Of a stretch of 64,000 nucleotides of DNA, positions 53,222 through 64,000 are shown in pieces. Made by a program: the position numbers and the translations under genes. Below the pieces are notes generated by a model that worked only from the letters and a program-made list of their open reading frames with translations, was not told the origin of the DNA and ran no database searches. The DNA is from Lingula anatina (taxonomy: Eukaryota; Animalia; Brachiopoda), in contig CM120644.1 in the NCBI GenBank assembly GCA_051362555.1, positions 14,530,534 through 14,594,533 on the forward strand. Reading direction: 5' to 3'. Position 1 is the first letter of the stretch, and each line of letters begins with the position of its first letter.

Positions 53222-56200
53222 TTGTCTATGTGTACCAACCGAGGACATCAGCACAACACCATACAACCGAGGACATCTTATTCCTTGGTTAAATCAAAAT
53301 AAAAACATTCAATTTAGGGTAAAATCTATTCGAGTATGAATGTTATAAATTAATTTTTTATAAAAACTAATTTTTTGCTGACAAGAATTTTACATTCTAA
53401 CCGAGGACACACACGGACACACACACGGACAGACACTACACATTACAACCGAGGACATGCATGCATCTACATGTAATAATGATTGTACTTTTAATGCAAA
53501 GCAAATTTTATATAGCGTTACTTTGCAGCAATTCACATTTTTATGAAATTCTTTCATATTTAAGGTAAATTCCAAAATAACACCAGAGGTGATGATTAAA
53601 TGAACAGTTATACAATATTTAATGCTGGGCTTTGCCACTTTTTTAGAATTGAAGATTATGAGATAAAACATCAATTAATTTAAGAAAAGAAAGGATACTG
53701 ATGAAATAAAATAAAAGACCAAAGAAATTCGTTTTCAAACATTTTATTTTCATAATGCTTATTTTCTATTTAGCACTCTTTTATTATCATGAATTTTATA
53801 TTTTGATAACACAAAGTGTCGTCCATTGGATACAGACTTGCACAGTACACAATTTTACAATTGAGGACATCATGCCAGCAGCACCCAAAATTGTGCTTTC
53901 TTCCAATTTGATGCAATATTATATAATGCTTAACAGCATAATGATCATCAATTTTTTATAATAAAATATTAGTATCATGAATATTCAGAAAATGTGACTA
54001 GCAAAGGTTTTCAGGTTCATGGAACTCCAAAGTCATACTATGAAAATGCTAAATGTATACAAGAGAGCACTGTACTGAAATGGGTTTCTTTCCATTTTTA
54101 ACTTTTTTACATAAAATAATACAGTTTACTGCCATTTCACATGATCAACTAAGAAAATTGTTGAGATGGCAAAAATATCAATATAACAAGTTTAAATGTC
54201 CAATTTCCTCCATTCCAAACATTGTGAATGATTGAATCTGACCAGGGCCGTAGCCTCCGGGGGGGCAGGGGGGGCAGCTGCCCCCCCTGGGATTTGACGT
54301 GCAAAAAATAATCGCAATTTCTGACTTCTAATTGAGCAATAAATAACAGTTAAAATGCACCAGAATGCAGTATTATACATAGTTTTAAAAAAATTTCCAC
54401 ACCGTGGGAGGGGGACCTCCCACACCCTCCCACCTCGGGGGCTTCGCCCCCTCTTGTCGGCGTACTGCCCCCCCTGGCATTTTGCTCAGGCTACGGCCCT
54501 GCTGACAAACTACAATGATACGAGTTCATTTCCATTTTGGCACTTTTTTTACACAATACAAGATAACAGGTTTACCACCATTTTTATATAATCAACTAGC
54601 AATATTGTCAAGACGCAGAAATTGTCAAACAACCCATTTTACATATCTAGTAAATTCAATAATGAGACTGTTAACATGCCTGACAATCAAATCTGAGGAA
54701 AACCACTTATATACAAATCAAAGCTGAAGTCCCTCAAAACTCAACCAATCAATCTTATTTTTAAATTTGATTTGTATATAGATAACATTGATCACTCTTG
54801 TGAGTTTAATGACAACAGGCCTATCGGTTCTCCCTGAAATGTGCTTACAGTGTTACTAATATGCTTTTACTAATAATCATCAGTTCTGTGAGTTTCATGA
54901 AAACAGGCTTTAAGTTATTAGTTCTCCCTGAAATGTGCTTACAGTGTTACATATATGCTGAAAAAAAAAAAAAAAAAAAAAAAAAAAACAGCATAAAATT
55001 TGAAAGAAAAGGGCCTGGTCTTGCTGATTTTCAATCTTGACCATTCTTTTACTAATAATCATCAGTTCTGTGAGTTTCATGAAAACAGGCTTATTGGTTC
55101 TCCTTGAAATATGTTAACAGTGTTGCATGTACACTGAAAAAAGGAGAAAAAAATGCAAAACTTTTGAAAATAATCACCCCATTTCCTCCATTTTGAGACA
55201 CTGTATTACACAGTACATGATAACATGTTTACCGTCATATTTATATAATCAACTAGCAATGTTGTAAAGATGCAGACAATTTCAGAGAAACACTAACATA
55301 TTTACATATCTAGTTAATTCAATAACGAAACTGTCAACATGCCTGACAATCAAATCTGAGGAAAACCACTTATATACAAATAAAAGCTGAAGTCCCTCAA
55401 AACTCAACCAATCAATCTTATTTTTAAATTTGATTTGTATATAGATAACATTGATCACTCTTGTGAGTTTAATGACAACAGGCCTATCGGTTCTCCCTGA
55501 AATGTGCTTACAGAGTTACTAATATGCTTTTACTAATAATCATCAGTTCTGTGAGTTTCATGAAAACAGGCTTTAAGTTATTGGTTCTCCCTGAAATGTG
55601 CTTACAGTGTTACATATATGCTGAAAAAAAAAAAACAAAAACAAAAAAACAAAACAAAAACAAAAAAAAAAACAAAAAAACAGCATAAAATTTGAAAGAA
55701 AAGGGCCTGGTCATGCTGATTTTCAATCTTGATCATTCTTTTTAATTTACTAATAATCATCAGTTCTCTGAGTTTCATGAAAACAGGCCTATTGGTTCTC
55801 CTTGAAGTGTGTTTACAGTGTTGCATGTACACTGAAAAAAGGAGAAAAAAATGCAAAACTTTTGAAAATAATCACCCCATTTCCTCCATTTTGAGACACT
55901 GTATTACACAGTACATGATAACATGTTTACCGTCATATTTATATAATCAACTAGCAATGTTGTAAAGATGCAGAAAATTTCAGACAAACACTAACATATT
56001 TACATATCTAGTTAGTTCAATAACGAAACTGTCAACATGCCTGACAATCAAATCTGAGGAAAACCACTTATATACAAATAAAAGCTGAAGTCCCTCAAAA
56101 CTCAACCAATCAATCTTATTTTTAAACTTGATTTGTATATAGATAACATTGATTACTCCTGTGAGTTTCATGAAAACAGGCTTATTGGTTCTCCCTGAAA

Positions 56201-58156
56201 TGTGCTTACAGTGTTACTTATATGCTGAAAAAAAAAAACAGCATAACATTTGAAAGAAAAGGGCCTGGTCATGTTGATTTTCAATCTTGACCATTCTTTT
56301 ACTTATAATCATCAGTTCTGTGAGTTTTATGAAAAGAGGCCTATTGGTTCTCCTTGAAATGTGTTTACAGTGTTGCATGTACAATGAAAAAAGGAGAAAA
56401 AATGCAAAACTTTTGAAAATAATCACCCAATTGCCTCCATTTTGAGACACTGTATTACACAGTACATGATAACATGTTTACCGTCATATTTATATAATCA
56501 ACTAGCAATGTTGTAAAGATGCAGAAAATTTCAGACAAACACTAACATATTTACATATCTAGTTAGTTCAATAACGAAACTGTCAACATGCCTGACAATC
56601 AAATCTGAGGAAAACCACTTATATATATCAAAACAAGGCACAACTTCCACAAAACTCAACCAATCAATCCTATTTTCAAACTTGATTTGTATATTGGTAA
56701 CATTGATCACTCCTGTGAGTTTAATGACAACAGGCCTATCAGTTCTCCCTGAAATGTGCTTACAGTGTTACTTATATGCTGAAAATGGCAGAAAAAAAAC
56801 AGCATAACTTTTGACAAAAAATGGCCCGGATATGCCGATTTTTGATCTTGACAACCCTTTTACTAATAATCATCAGTTCTGTGAGTTTCATGACAATAGA
56901 CCTATTGCTTCTCCTTAAACTGTGTTTACAGTGTTGCATGTATGCTGAAAAAAGCAAAAACAACAGCAAATTTTCTGAAAAAAAAAGCAGCCCATTATGA
57001 AGATTTTCAAACTTGACCTGCGTTTAACTAATATTCATCAGTTCTGTGAGTTTCATGAAAATAGACCTATCGGTTCTCTTTAAAATGTTGCATCGCATAT
57101 AATATTATGCTGAGAAAAGGGAAAAACAGCAACTTTGTAAAATTGGCCAGATCACACTGATTACGTTGATTGCAATTTATATAGCATTCCTTCTGGGAGA
57201 GATCGATCCATAGTTAGTACGATAGGATCTGGGAACGGTCCCTTAATCGTTTTTGCCGTGTGCATATCCGAACTGTAGGCCTATATATCAGGACGCGTAA
57301 TTGTCGGGGCGTCTTTTTTTTTCTTTTTTTATTTCACAAAGCGGTTCTTGCAAATGCGGTGTTTATGAATATGTGTGCTCTGTGTTAGCGACATGGACCG
57401 ACAGGGGCCCATTCAAAATATAATTTCACTTCAGTTGTTAGATTTAGTATTTATTCTAGCAGCCAGGTGTATAACAAACAGGTCAGATCTACAGGTGAAA
57501 AGAAGTGACTGTAGTTCGCAGAGCCATTATGTAATAATAAATGTTTCATAATGTCATAGCCTTCTTCAAACTGTCAGGGGTAGATTAATTCATAGTTAGC
57601 TAAGGGGCCCTTTACACTGGACGGCGTCCTGTAGTACGGATCATTTGAGAGTACAAAATTATAATACTTAACTTTCTGACAACTGGCCAATCACCAAATA
57701 TTCATTTTTTTTCAACCAAAGCAATGCTTGTACCTCCTTTCTACGACCACAGTGATGCCAGTTTCTTGGTCGCACAAAGGACGCCGCCCCAGTGTAAAGG
57801 GGGTTTACGGACGATCCATTTACCCTTTTCATTTACTCTGAAGTATCGAATAAAAGAACTGATGGAATAAAAGTACTGGGTGGAAAAAAATCTCAAAATT
57901 TAATAAAAGTACTGATGGAATAAAAGTACTGGGTGTAAAAAATCTCGAAATTTAATAAAAGTACTGGATGGAATAAAAGTACTGGGTGGAAAAAACCTTT
58001 GCACCACTCCCCCCCCCCCCAAAAAAAAAAATGAAATAAATAAATAAAAGTAAAGAAGAAGAAGAGAAAGAAAAAAGCTAGCTATTGATCATTGTAAAAA
58101 AAAAAAAAAAAAAAAAAAATTCACCAGGTAAAATTCATTCAGTATTATAATTTATC

Positions 58157-58206
<50 letters not shown>

Positions 58207-59471
58207 CCATGAGTTATATTTCATAATCGTCAGGGGCCGAAAACCCAGATATGTCGCACCTAAGCCGCCTCCGAGAGCCATACGGAGACGTTATTCATAG
58301 TAAATTTATTCTCAGATATAAGGTTCGTTTTGCATACCTGTAAACTCCTAAGGGTTTATCTTACATAGAAATGTGATTTAACATCGTTTAAATCATAAAT
58401 CGGCATGAAATAATTGACGTTTGAAAACAGGCACAACTTCTTTGCTGCACTTGAAATGACCTCCTTAGCTATAAATATGATCCTATCACCTGCGACATTG
58501 CATCATTCGATCGATGTACATGAGTAGTTGTCACTGTTGAAGGGAAAGCACGTCTATTTATAGGAACTGAAATCAGGTGACGCATGTACTGTTGTGTTCA
58601 GAGAGCGACTTCCGCTTGACCTACTTTCCAGTGCTGTTTGTAGAACAGTAGGTAATGAGTTGAGATCTCGATTTTCTTCTCATTATACTTCAATTTAAGA
58701 AAATAAAAAGCGTGACTTGTACTTGTGTTATTTCCCACCGGTACAATAGGTATTTAATAAACATACCGGGTGGAAGATTTTTGAAAAATTAATAAGCGTA
58801 CTGGGTGAAAATGGAGCGTACCGGCGGGAAGAAATTTGGAAAATTAATTAACGTACCGTACGTTTATTTGATACTTCAGAGTAATTCTTGCACCCTCAAA
58901 AGATTGTCGGTCCTAAGATCTACCGAGTGAGCCACAAATTCAGACAGTTCTTCTTTATTTAAACCACTCCAAGTCAGTTGTACTAATAAAGAAGCGTGCC
59001 GTAATATGTACAGTGCGATGATAGTTATGTAGTTACGTAACGGCCTAGGAGAGCTTAATTTGATAAAAAAAAAAAAAAAAGACCTTTAGTTTAAAAATAT
59101 GAACTTACTGAATATATAGACATCTGAGATATAACATTAGTTTCAGTTTAGTCTGCCCTTTACAGCACAACCGAGGACGCGGAATTTGGTCCGCCCTTAA
59201 CAGCACAACCGAGGACGCGTGTGTATAGCCCGATTTCAGACAAAAAGTTGGACAGTATTTCTGATACACTCGTGGCGGGAATTTGGCCCGCGCTATACAG
59301 CATAACCGAGGACTGGCTCAGAATAGCGTCAAATTTCACCACCTAACTTGAAATGGGCCCCTTTATGCATTCCACTGCTTATGTCAACCGAGGACGTCCT
59401 CGGTTGGAGGTGTGTCCTCGGTTAGTGGGTTTCGGGCGGGTGTGTGTCCTCGGTTAGAATGCGTGCACAAG

Positions 59472-59534
<63 letters not shown>

Positions 59535-59985
59535 CAAATTTTATCAATTTTGTTGATGATTACTGAAAGGCCATGCCTCTTTTAATAAAATGGGAGTGTA
59601 CAATAAGCACATTCTGCACCCAGCACTGGTATCTATATGTTGAAAATATTCAACTTGTATGATTGAATAAACTTGAACTTGAGAAAAAACCTCACCTGCA
59701 GCTGCTTTCTCAATATATCTGAGCTCGTTCTCCCAGTTTGACAGCTCTGGGAACCTCTCCTCAATTGTAAGAACAATGTAATGTAACAACGTCATCTTCC
59801 TGTCATTGGAACGCGTGTCCACCAGCTGTAATCATTAAGAGATAACGTTTTTTATAATATAAGAAATTTATAATTAGAAATTATTGTCAAGCTGATGCTA
59901 TGTATGTTTGTGAGCTCTGGAAGTTGAGAGGTTATTGTCTGACCTCTCATGAATTCCCTTTGATGAAGGGTAAATGGTTTTTACT

Positions 59986-60031
<46 letters not shown>

Positions 60032-60082
60032 TTTGCTTGATAATCTACAACAAAAACATTCTCTGGACTATAACTAACATTT

Positions 60083-60116
<34 letters not shown>

Positions 60117-63100
60117 TTGCTTGATAACTAACAAAAAATTCTCTGGACTAACAATATTTTTACTCACAGTGTCCAAGCTCTGTAGTTTGAACCCGTATAC
60201 TGCTCCTCTTTTGCTGCTGTTCAGATAGTTGCCAAAGGCTAAAATAATTTCCAACATTTTCTTCACCTTGACAGAATTTTTGATGGACATGGAGGCAGCA
60301 ATGATGCAGTTGAGTTGCTGAAAAAAGTAAATATGTATTTTTTCCTTAAATTTGCTATTTTATAGAAAATGTAATCCGCCATTTAAAAGACCACTTAAAT
60401 TAAAATATATCTCTTTAAAACAAACAAGTGTGTCAGCTTTAATACATCAACCATATAGATAAATAAATTAAGCAGATAACAGTGCAGTAAATATTAAAAT
60501 TCTTGCAATCTTTTCCATTCTTTATGGACTACTTGTCTCAAAAGTAACTCTATCTCTATACTATACATAATTAAAATACATATACTCACAGGCTGTATAG
60601 TGTGGACCATATCTCCATAATTGCCTATAAAACTCATTATGGTGAGTTTCTGACCAAGTCGTTCCATTTTCATCAACTGAAGTTAGAGATATTTGCAAAT
60701 AATCAATTAATTAAGACTCTTTAGCTGTAATTTACACCATTAAAAAAATTTACGAACATGAACACGTAAGTATACATATCTTACATTTTTTATGTACATT
60801 CATGTATGAAAACACAGTGACATATATTAGATGGAGAGTATGCACAAGCGCGCGCACACATACACCAGCCGTGTACTTTTCAATACAAAACTTATTCAGC
60901 TACACTTTTTAAACACAGTGGTGCTTTTATATGGTAATGCATATCTATTGGCTAAATGAACCTTAACTTTTTCTGTTATCTTACACACAAACATACACAA
61001 AGAAAGCATTAGAAATATTTCAATAATACTCACACTTATCAAGAACCTGTCCTCATCTGACAAAACTTCTAAAGGTTTCATATCCTTCTCATAGTTTTTA
61101 AATTTCTTCACCTGAGAAGAAAACCCAGATCAATACATCAATGCATATTTGACATTGATAAAAACTTCAAAATACATACCATCTGCTTGAAAATTGTTAA
61201 AATACTCTTCGCTTCAAATAACCCATTAGCTGCTACCTTAAATTTTGTGAGTACATTAAATTGTAACATTATTAATACAATTTCAGTAGTATTTATTTTT
61301 TTGCAACTTAAAACAGTTGGATTGTACCATTGAAATATTTAAAAAGAAGCAATCAAGAAATATTTAATAAAATAGCGGTTACATAAATAAATAAAATAAT
61401 AATGAAAGTTAAGGTAAAAAGTATTCAGGCTGCTTACATTAAGGATCTACCCAAATACCGTTATATTTAACATCTGACATATCTTGACATTGCAATCTTT
61501 ATATTTTTTCAATGCATGCTTCATATATATAAAAAAACTATTCTTTTAACAACAAAAGATGCATAAAAAAAAATATGCAAAACTGCTTGCCTGGTTTAAA
61601 GCACCTGGTTTAGGTATTGTTTTCTTTTCCAACCAGCACTAACATGGATATACTTTCCTCTAAAAATCAACTTAAAAACAGTTAATCTTACCTCAACTTC
61701 ATTTGGAATAATCCGTAGCAGAATCTCGCAATATTCCAGGGGGAGCTTCTTGAGATCAAAGGCCGTAGCAAACCTGGCGATATCCTCTTCACTAAGGTCA
61801 ATCTTCCTTCTTGTAATTGCTGTAAAATGAAATGTAATGCAATGAAATAAAATAAAGGGGTCACTTAAGAGATGGTGATCCATCAAGGGTGTTTGTTTTG
61901 GAAAATAAAAGTCCAGAACCTTGTTTTTTTCTGTGCATTCTTGTAGGTGTAATGATTGCAATGGCAGTACTAGAAGTAAAGCACAACTAGCACAATCTTA
62001 GTCTCTCCACTTATGATTTGCGTAAATGAGATACAGTGCACGTGACCTGCTAATCTTTTCTGTGCTGAGTTTGGCAGACTTAGGAGACCTTAGAAGATAG
62101 CAAAAATAGCAATGTCCATTCTTGGTAATTGATTCAATATATAAGAACACTTTTTGAAAAATATCAGCGAAAAATGTTACAGATTAAAGATAACAGAAAA
62201 ATTATATCTTGTGGTAAACTATCACTTTCTCTACACACTCTCTCTCTCTCTCTCTCTCTCTACACACCGACATTCCTCTGCCTGTTTCCTTCCAAAAGCG
62301 TGATGCTCTCAGGTTTCTTCTTTTTCATCAAGCGTGGGGTGGCGCCATCTGGAGCATCGAGGGGATTCAAGAGACCCACACGGAACTGCTCCTCAAACTT
62401 GTCAAAGTCAATCACCTGAAAATATATATATGTTTAATTTGAAACGAAAAAAGTAAATGAACAAAATCTGCCTGTTTGGTCCATTTTTTTTAATTACAAG
62501 GGTTGTTTCAGGCCAAAGACTTCATCATGGGGGCAAACAGATCAAAAACACACACTTTTTTCCTTTTACTGAGTAATGAATGAATAAATGAACAAGAATA
62601 AAAACAGATATTGACAGTAAATTATTGTGCAAATTCAACAGACAGTTTGTTATTAGTGTTGCATACATTAATCCCATTTCAAATTTTGGATAAAGAATAC
62701 TTTCAAAAGATAAATTCAAAGTGAATAAAAGGTTATAAAGGTTTTGCAAAATTGGTTAAGAGTGATTTCCAAGTTAAACCAATGTGCTGCAAATGTGTAT
62801 TATCTACAAAAAATGTACATATATGAAAATAAAAACGTACTGAAGAAAAAAAAAACTAACCACAACCAATTCATTCCATTTCAAAGTTTGCGAAAATAAG
62901 GACAAGTTACAACCAAATGTTTTTCTATCAAAACAGTACTTTATATTATAGTACAGTACTTTTAAGCAAATGACTGCCAAATTGTAAGTATATATATAGT
63001 GAAAACAACCAAGAAAACACTTTGAAATGTCAACACTTTACTGCAAACCCTACAGTTATAAACACAATATGCTACTACATAAATACAGAATGTCACATCT

Positions 63101-63679
63101 ATGGCTTTTGTTATTGTGCAAACCCTGAACCACCATTCAAAATCATCAAAATCTATTTCCTGAAACAGTCAGAGATCCAAGCTAAATACTAGGAAATGTG
63201 AATATCGATTTGGAAAATTAAATTTAAGTTGGATTTTTTCTTTTTTCAAATTCAGATATGGTATTACGGAGAAGGTGCATTTCCAGGACAGTTTTATGGC
63301 AGCATAAGCCATGCTGAAAAAAAATCAACTTTGTTCGTACTAGCTATTGAAATAGCTCCCTCTCCACACATACACATCTCTCACTTTCTGAATCTCCCTC
63401 CCTCCCCCCTTCTCCCTCTCTCTCTCCCTCTCTCTCTCTCTCCGGACTCATACTCTTCACTTAAAAAAGATTTATGCCATTTATGCCATGTAGTAATCCC
63501 ACCTACACACATATTTTGCCTATGCCCCATAAATATTAATCCTAATTAACTTACATTGTACAATTTTTCATCATCCAGCTCTGAGAAGACCGTTCCCTTC
63601 ACCTGCTGTGGCTTCATGGCGACCCAGTTTAGAGATGGAAGCTTGAACTTTGGGGTTATCTTCTTCTTGATGGGCATGG
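50023..63679 (-). CDS. FMNL: Formin-like protein (FMNL family), FH2 domain and C-terminal DAD; 5' part lies beyond the window end
   Basis: Phase-consistent exons: 63555-63679, 62268-62415, 61692-61819, 61034-61111, 60590-60676, 60168-60317, 59696-59825, 52747-52922, 52172-52273, 51502-51612, 50413-50524, 50023-50126. Motifs: [81 protein letters not shown], and the FMNL-type [27 protein letters not shown]. Confidence 0.95.
53875..57160 (-). repeat. HINE-derived tandem array with higher-order structure
   Basis: Homologous to 29815-31000. Landmark AATCAAATCTGAGGAAAACCACTT recurs at about 54685, 55348, 56047 and 56597. Monomer landmark CATCAGTTCTGTGAGTTTCATG recurs within each unit. Confidence 0.85.
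54243..54501. mobile_element. CAGGG-TIR MITE with 5-bp TSD (hAT5-like)
   Basis: CTGAC|CAGGGCCGTAGCCT...AGGCTACGGCCCTG|CTGAC. The uninterrupted host site is visible at about 30190 (TCTGACCAAC). Confidence 0.88.
57604..57804. mobile_element. Harbinger-like MITE
   Basis: TAA|GGGGCCCTTTACACTGGACGGCGTCCT...AGGACGCCGCCCCAGTGTAAAGGGGGT|TTA. Confidence 0.7.
57836..58881. mobile_element. Tc1/mariner-like non-autonomous element (TA TSD)
   Basis: TA|CTCTGAAGTATCGAATAAA...TTTATTTGATACTTCAGAG|TA; subterminal AATAAAAGTACTGGGTGGAA-type repeats near both ends; no transposase ORF. Confidence 0.8.
59474..59532. repeat. (CA)n microsatellite
   Basis: Read directly. Confidence 0.95.
59984..60150. repeat. Two-copy tandem duplication containing (CT)n
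   Basis: TAGTC(TC)nCTTT(T)GCTTGATAA...ATTCTCTGGACTA occurs twice, at about 59985 and 60082. Confidence 0.85.
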
Positions 63680-64000
63680 CTGGAAAACAATAAAAATTTA
63701 ATTATATAAAGCAAAAAATAAAAATAAAGAGCACTGAACAAGTGCAGAAAAAAAGAACAATAATTATATAAAACATACTATCTATTTAATATTGCAAGAC
63801 CCAGATTCAGTTGAATCAGTAACTGCTTCTTTTTCTCCTACATAACTGTCTATCTTGCAAATTGCATTAGAATTCTTTGAGTAAATACTGGGCTAGATCT
63901 TTTCAACAGGGAAAATTATCAATTTTGCCCAAACTGTATTTTTCACAAGTCATAAATTCTTAAAATCAAGAACAACCCCATTGACTAGTAGCAACAAAAT

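Larger units (their letters stand above)
53219..59473. mobile_element. Putative non-autonomous TIR element inserted in a (CA)n microsatellite, with AACCGAGGAC subterminal arrays and nested insertions
   Basis: (CA)n in the same orientation on both flanks; inverted ends CTTGT-N11-AACCGAGGAC; four motif copies at the left end and seven at the right. Confidence 0.6.

Noticed and set aside
53237-59455. AACCGAGGAC repeats or the 161-bp arrays as a CRISPR-like array
   Set aside because: The repeat is only 10 bp, spacing is irregular, orientation is mixed, there are no cas genes and the context is a eukaryotic intron. Transposon subterminal motifs and satellite explain it better.

Overview
AT-rich, intron-rich animal genomic DNA. 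It is an invertebrate, plausibly a lophotrochozoan or mollusc, but the taxon cannot be fixed from sequence alone. I reconstructed five protein-coding genes by hand from GT-AG splice sites and reading-frame phase. (1) A class B1 CRF/DH44/ELH-type GPCR (- strand, 3' end runs off the window) with a tRNA-Lys(CTT) gene in one intron. (2) PMS1 (- strand, 13 coding exons, about 1041 aa, apparently without the HMG box). (3) ORMDL (+ strand, 153 aa), head-to-head with PMS1 as in human. (4) A single-coding-exon FKRP/LicD-family phosphotransferase. (5) The FH2/C-terminal half of a formin-like FMNL gene (- strand, 5' end off the window). Non-coding DNA is dense with non-autonomous DNA transposons: PIF/Harbinger-type fold-back MITEs (TWA TSD), CAGG-ended elements with 5-bp TSDs, Kolobok-like TTAA elements, a TA-flanked Tc1/mariner-like element, and Helentron-associated (HINE) elements expanding into tandem arrays. 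The most unusual items are a ~6.25 kb TIR-bounded element with AACCGAGGAC arrays inserted in a (CA)n microsatellite, and a ~100 bp copy of a GPCR exon/intron junction inside the ORMDL intron. No CRISPR array or prokaryote-type system is present.
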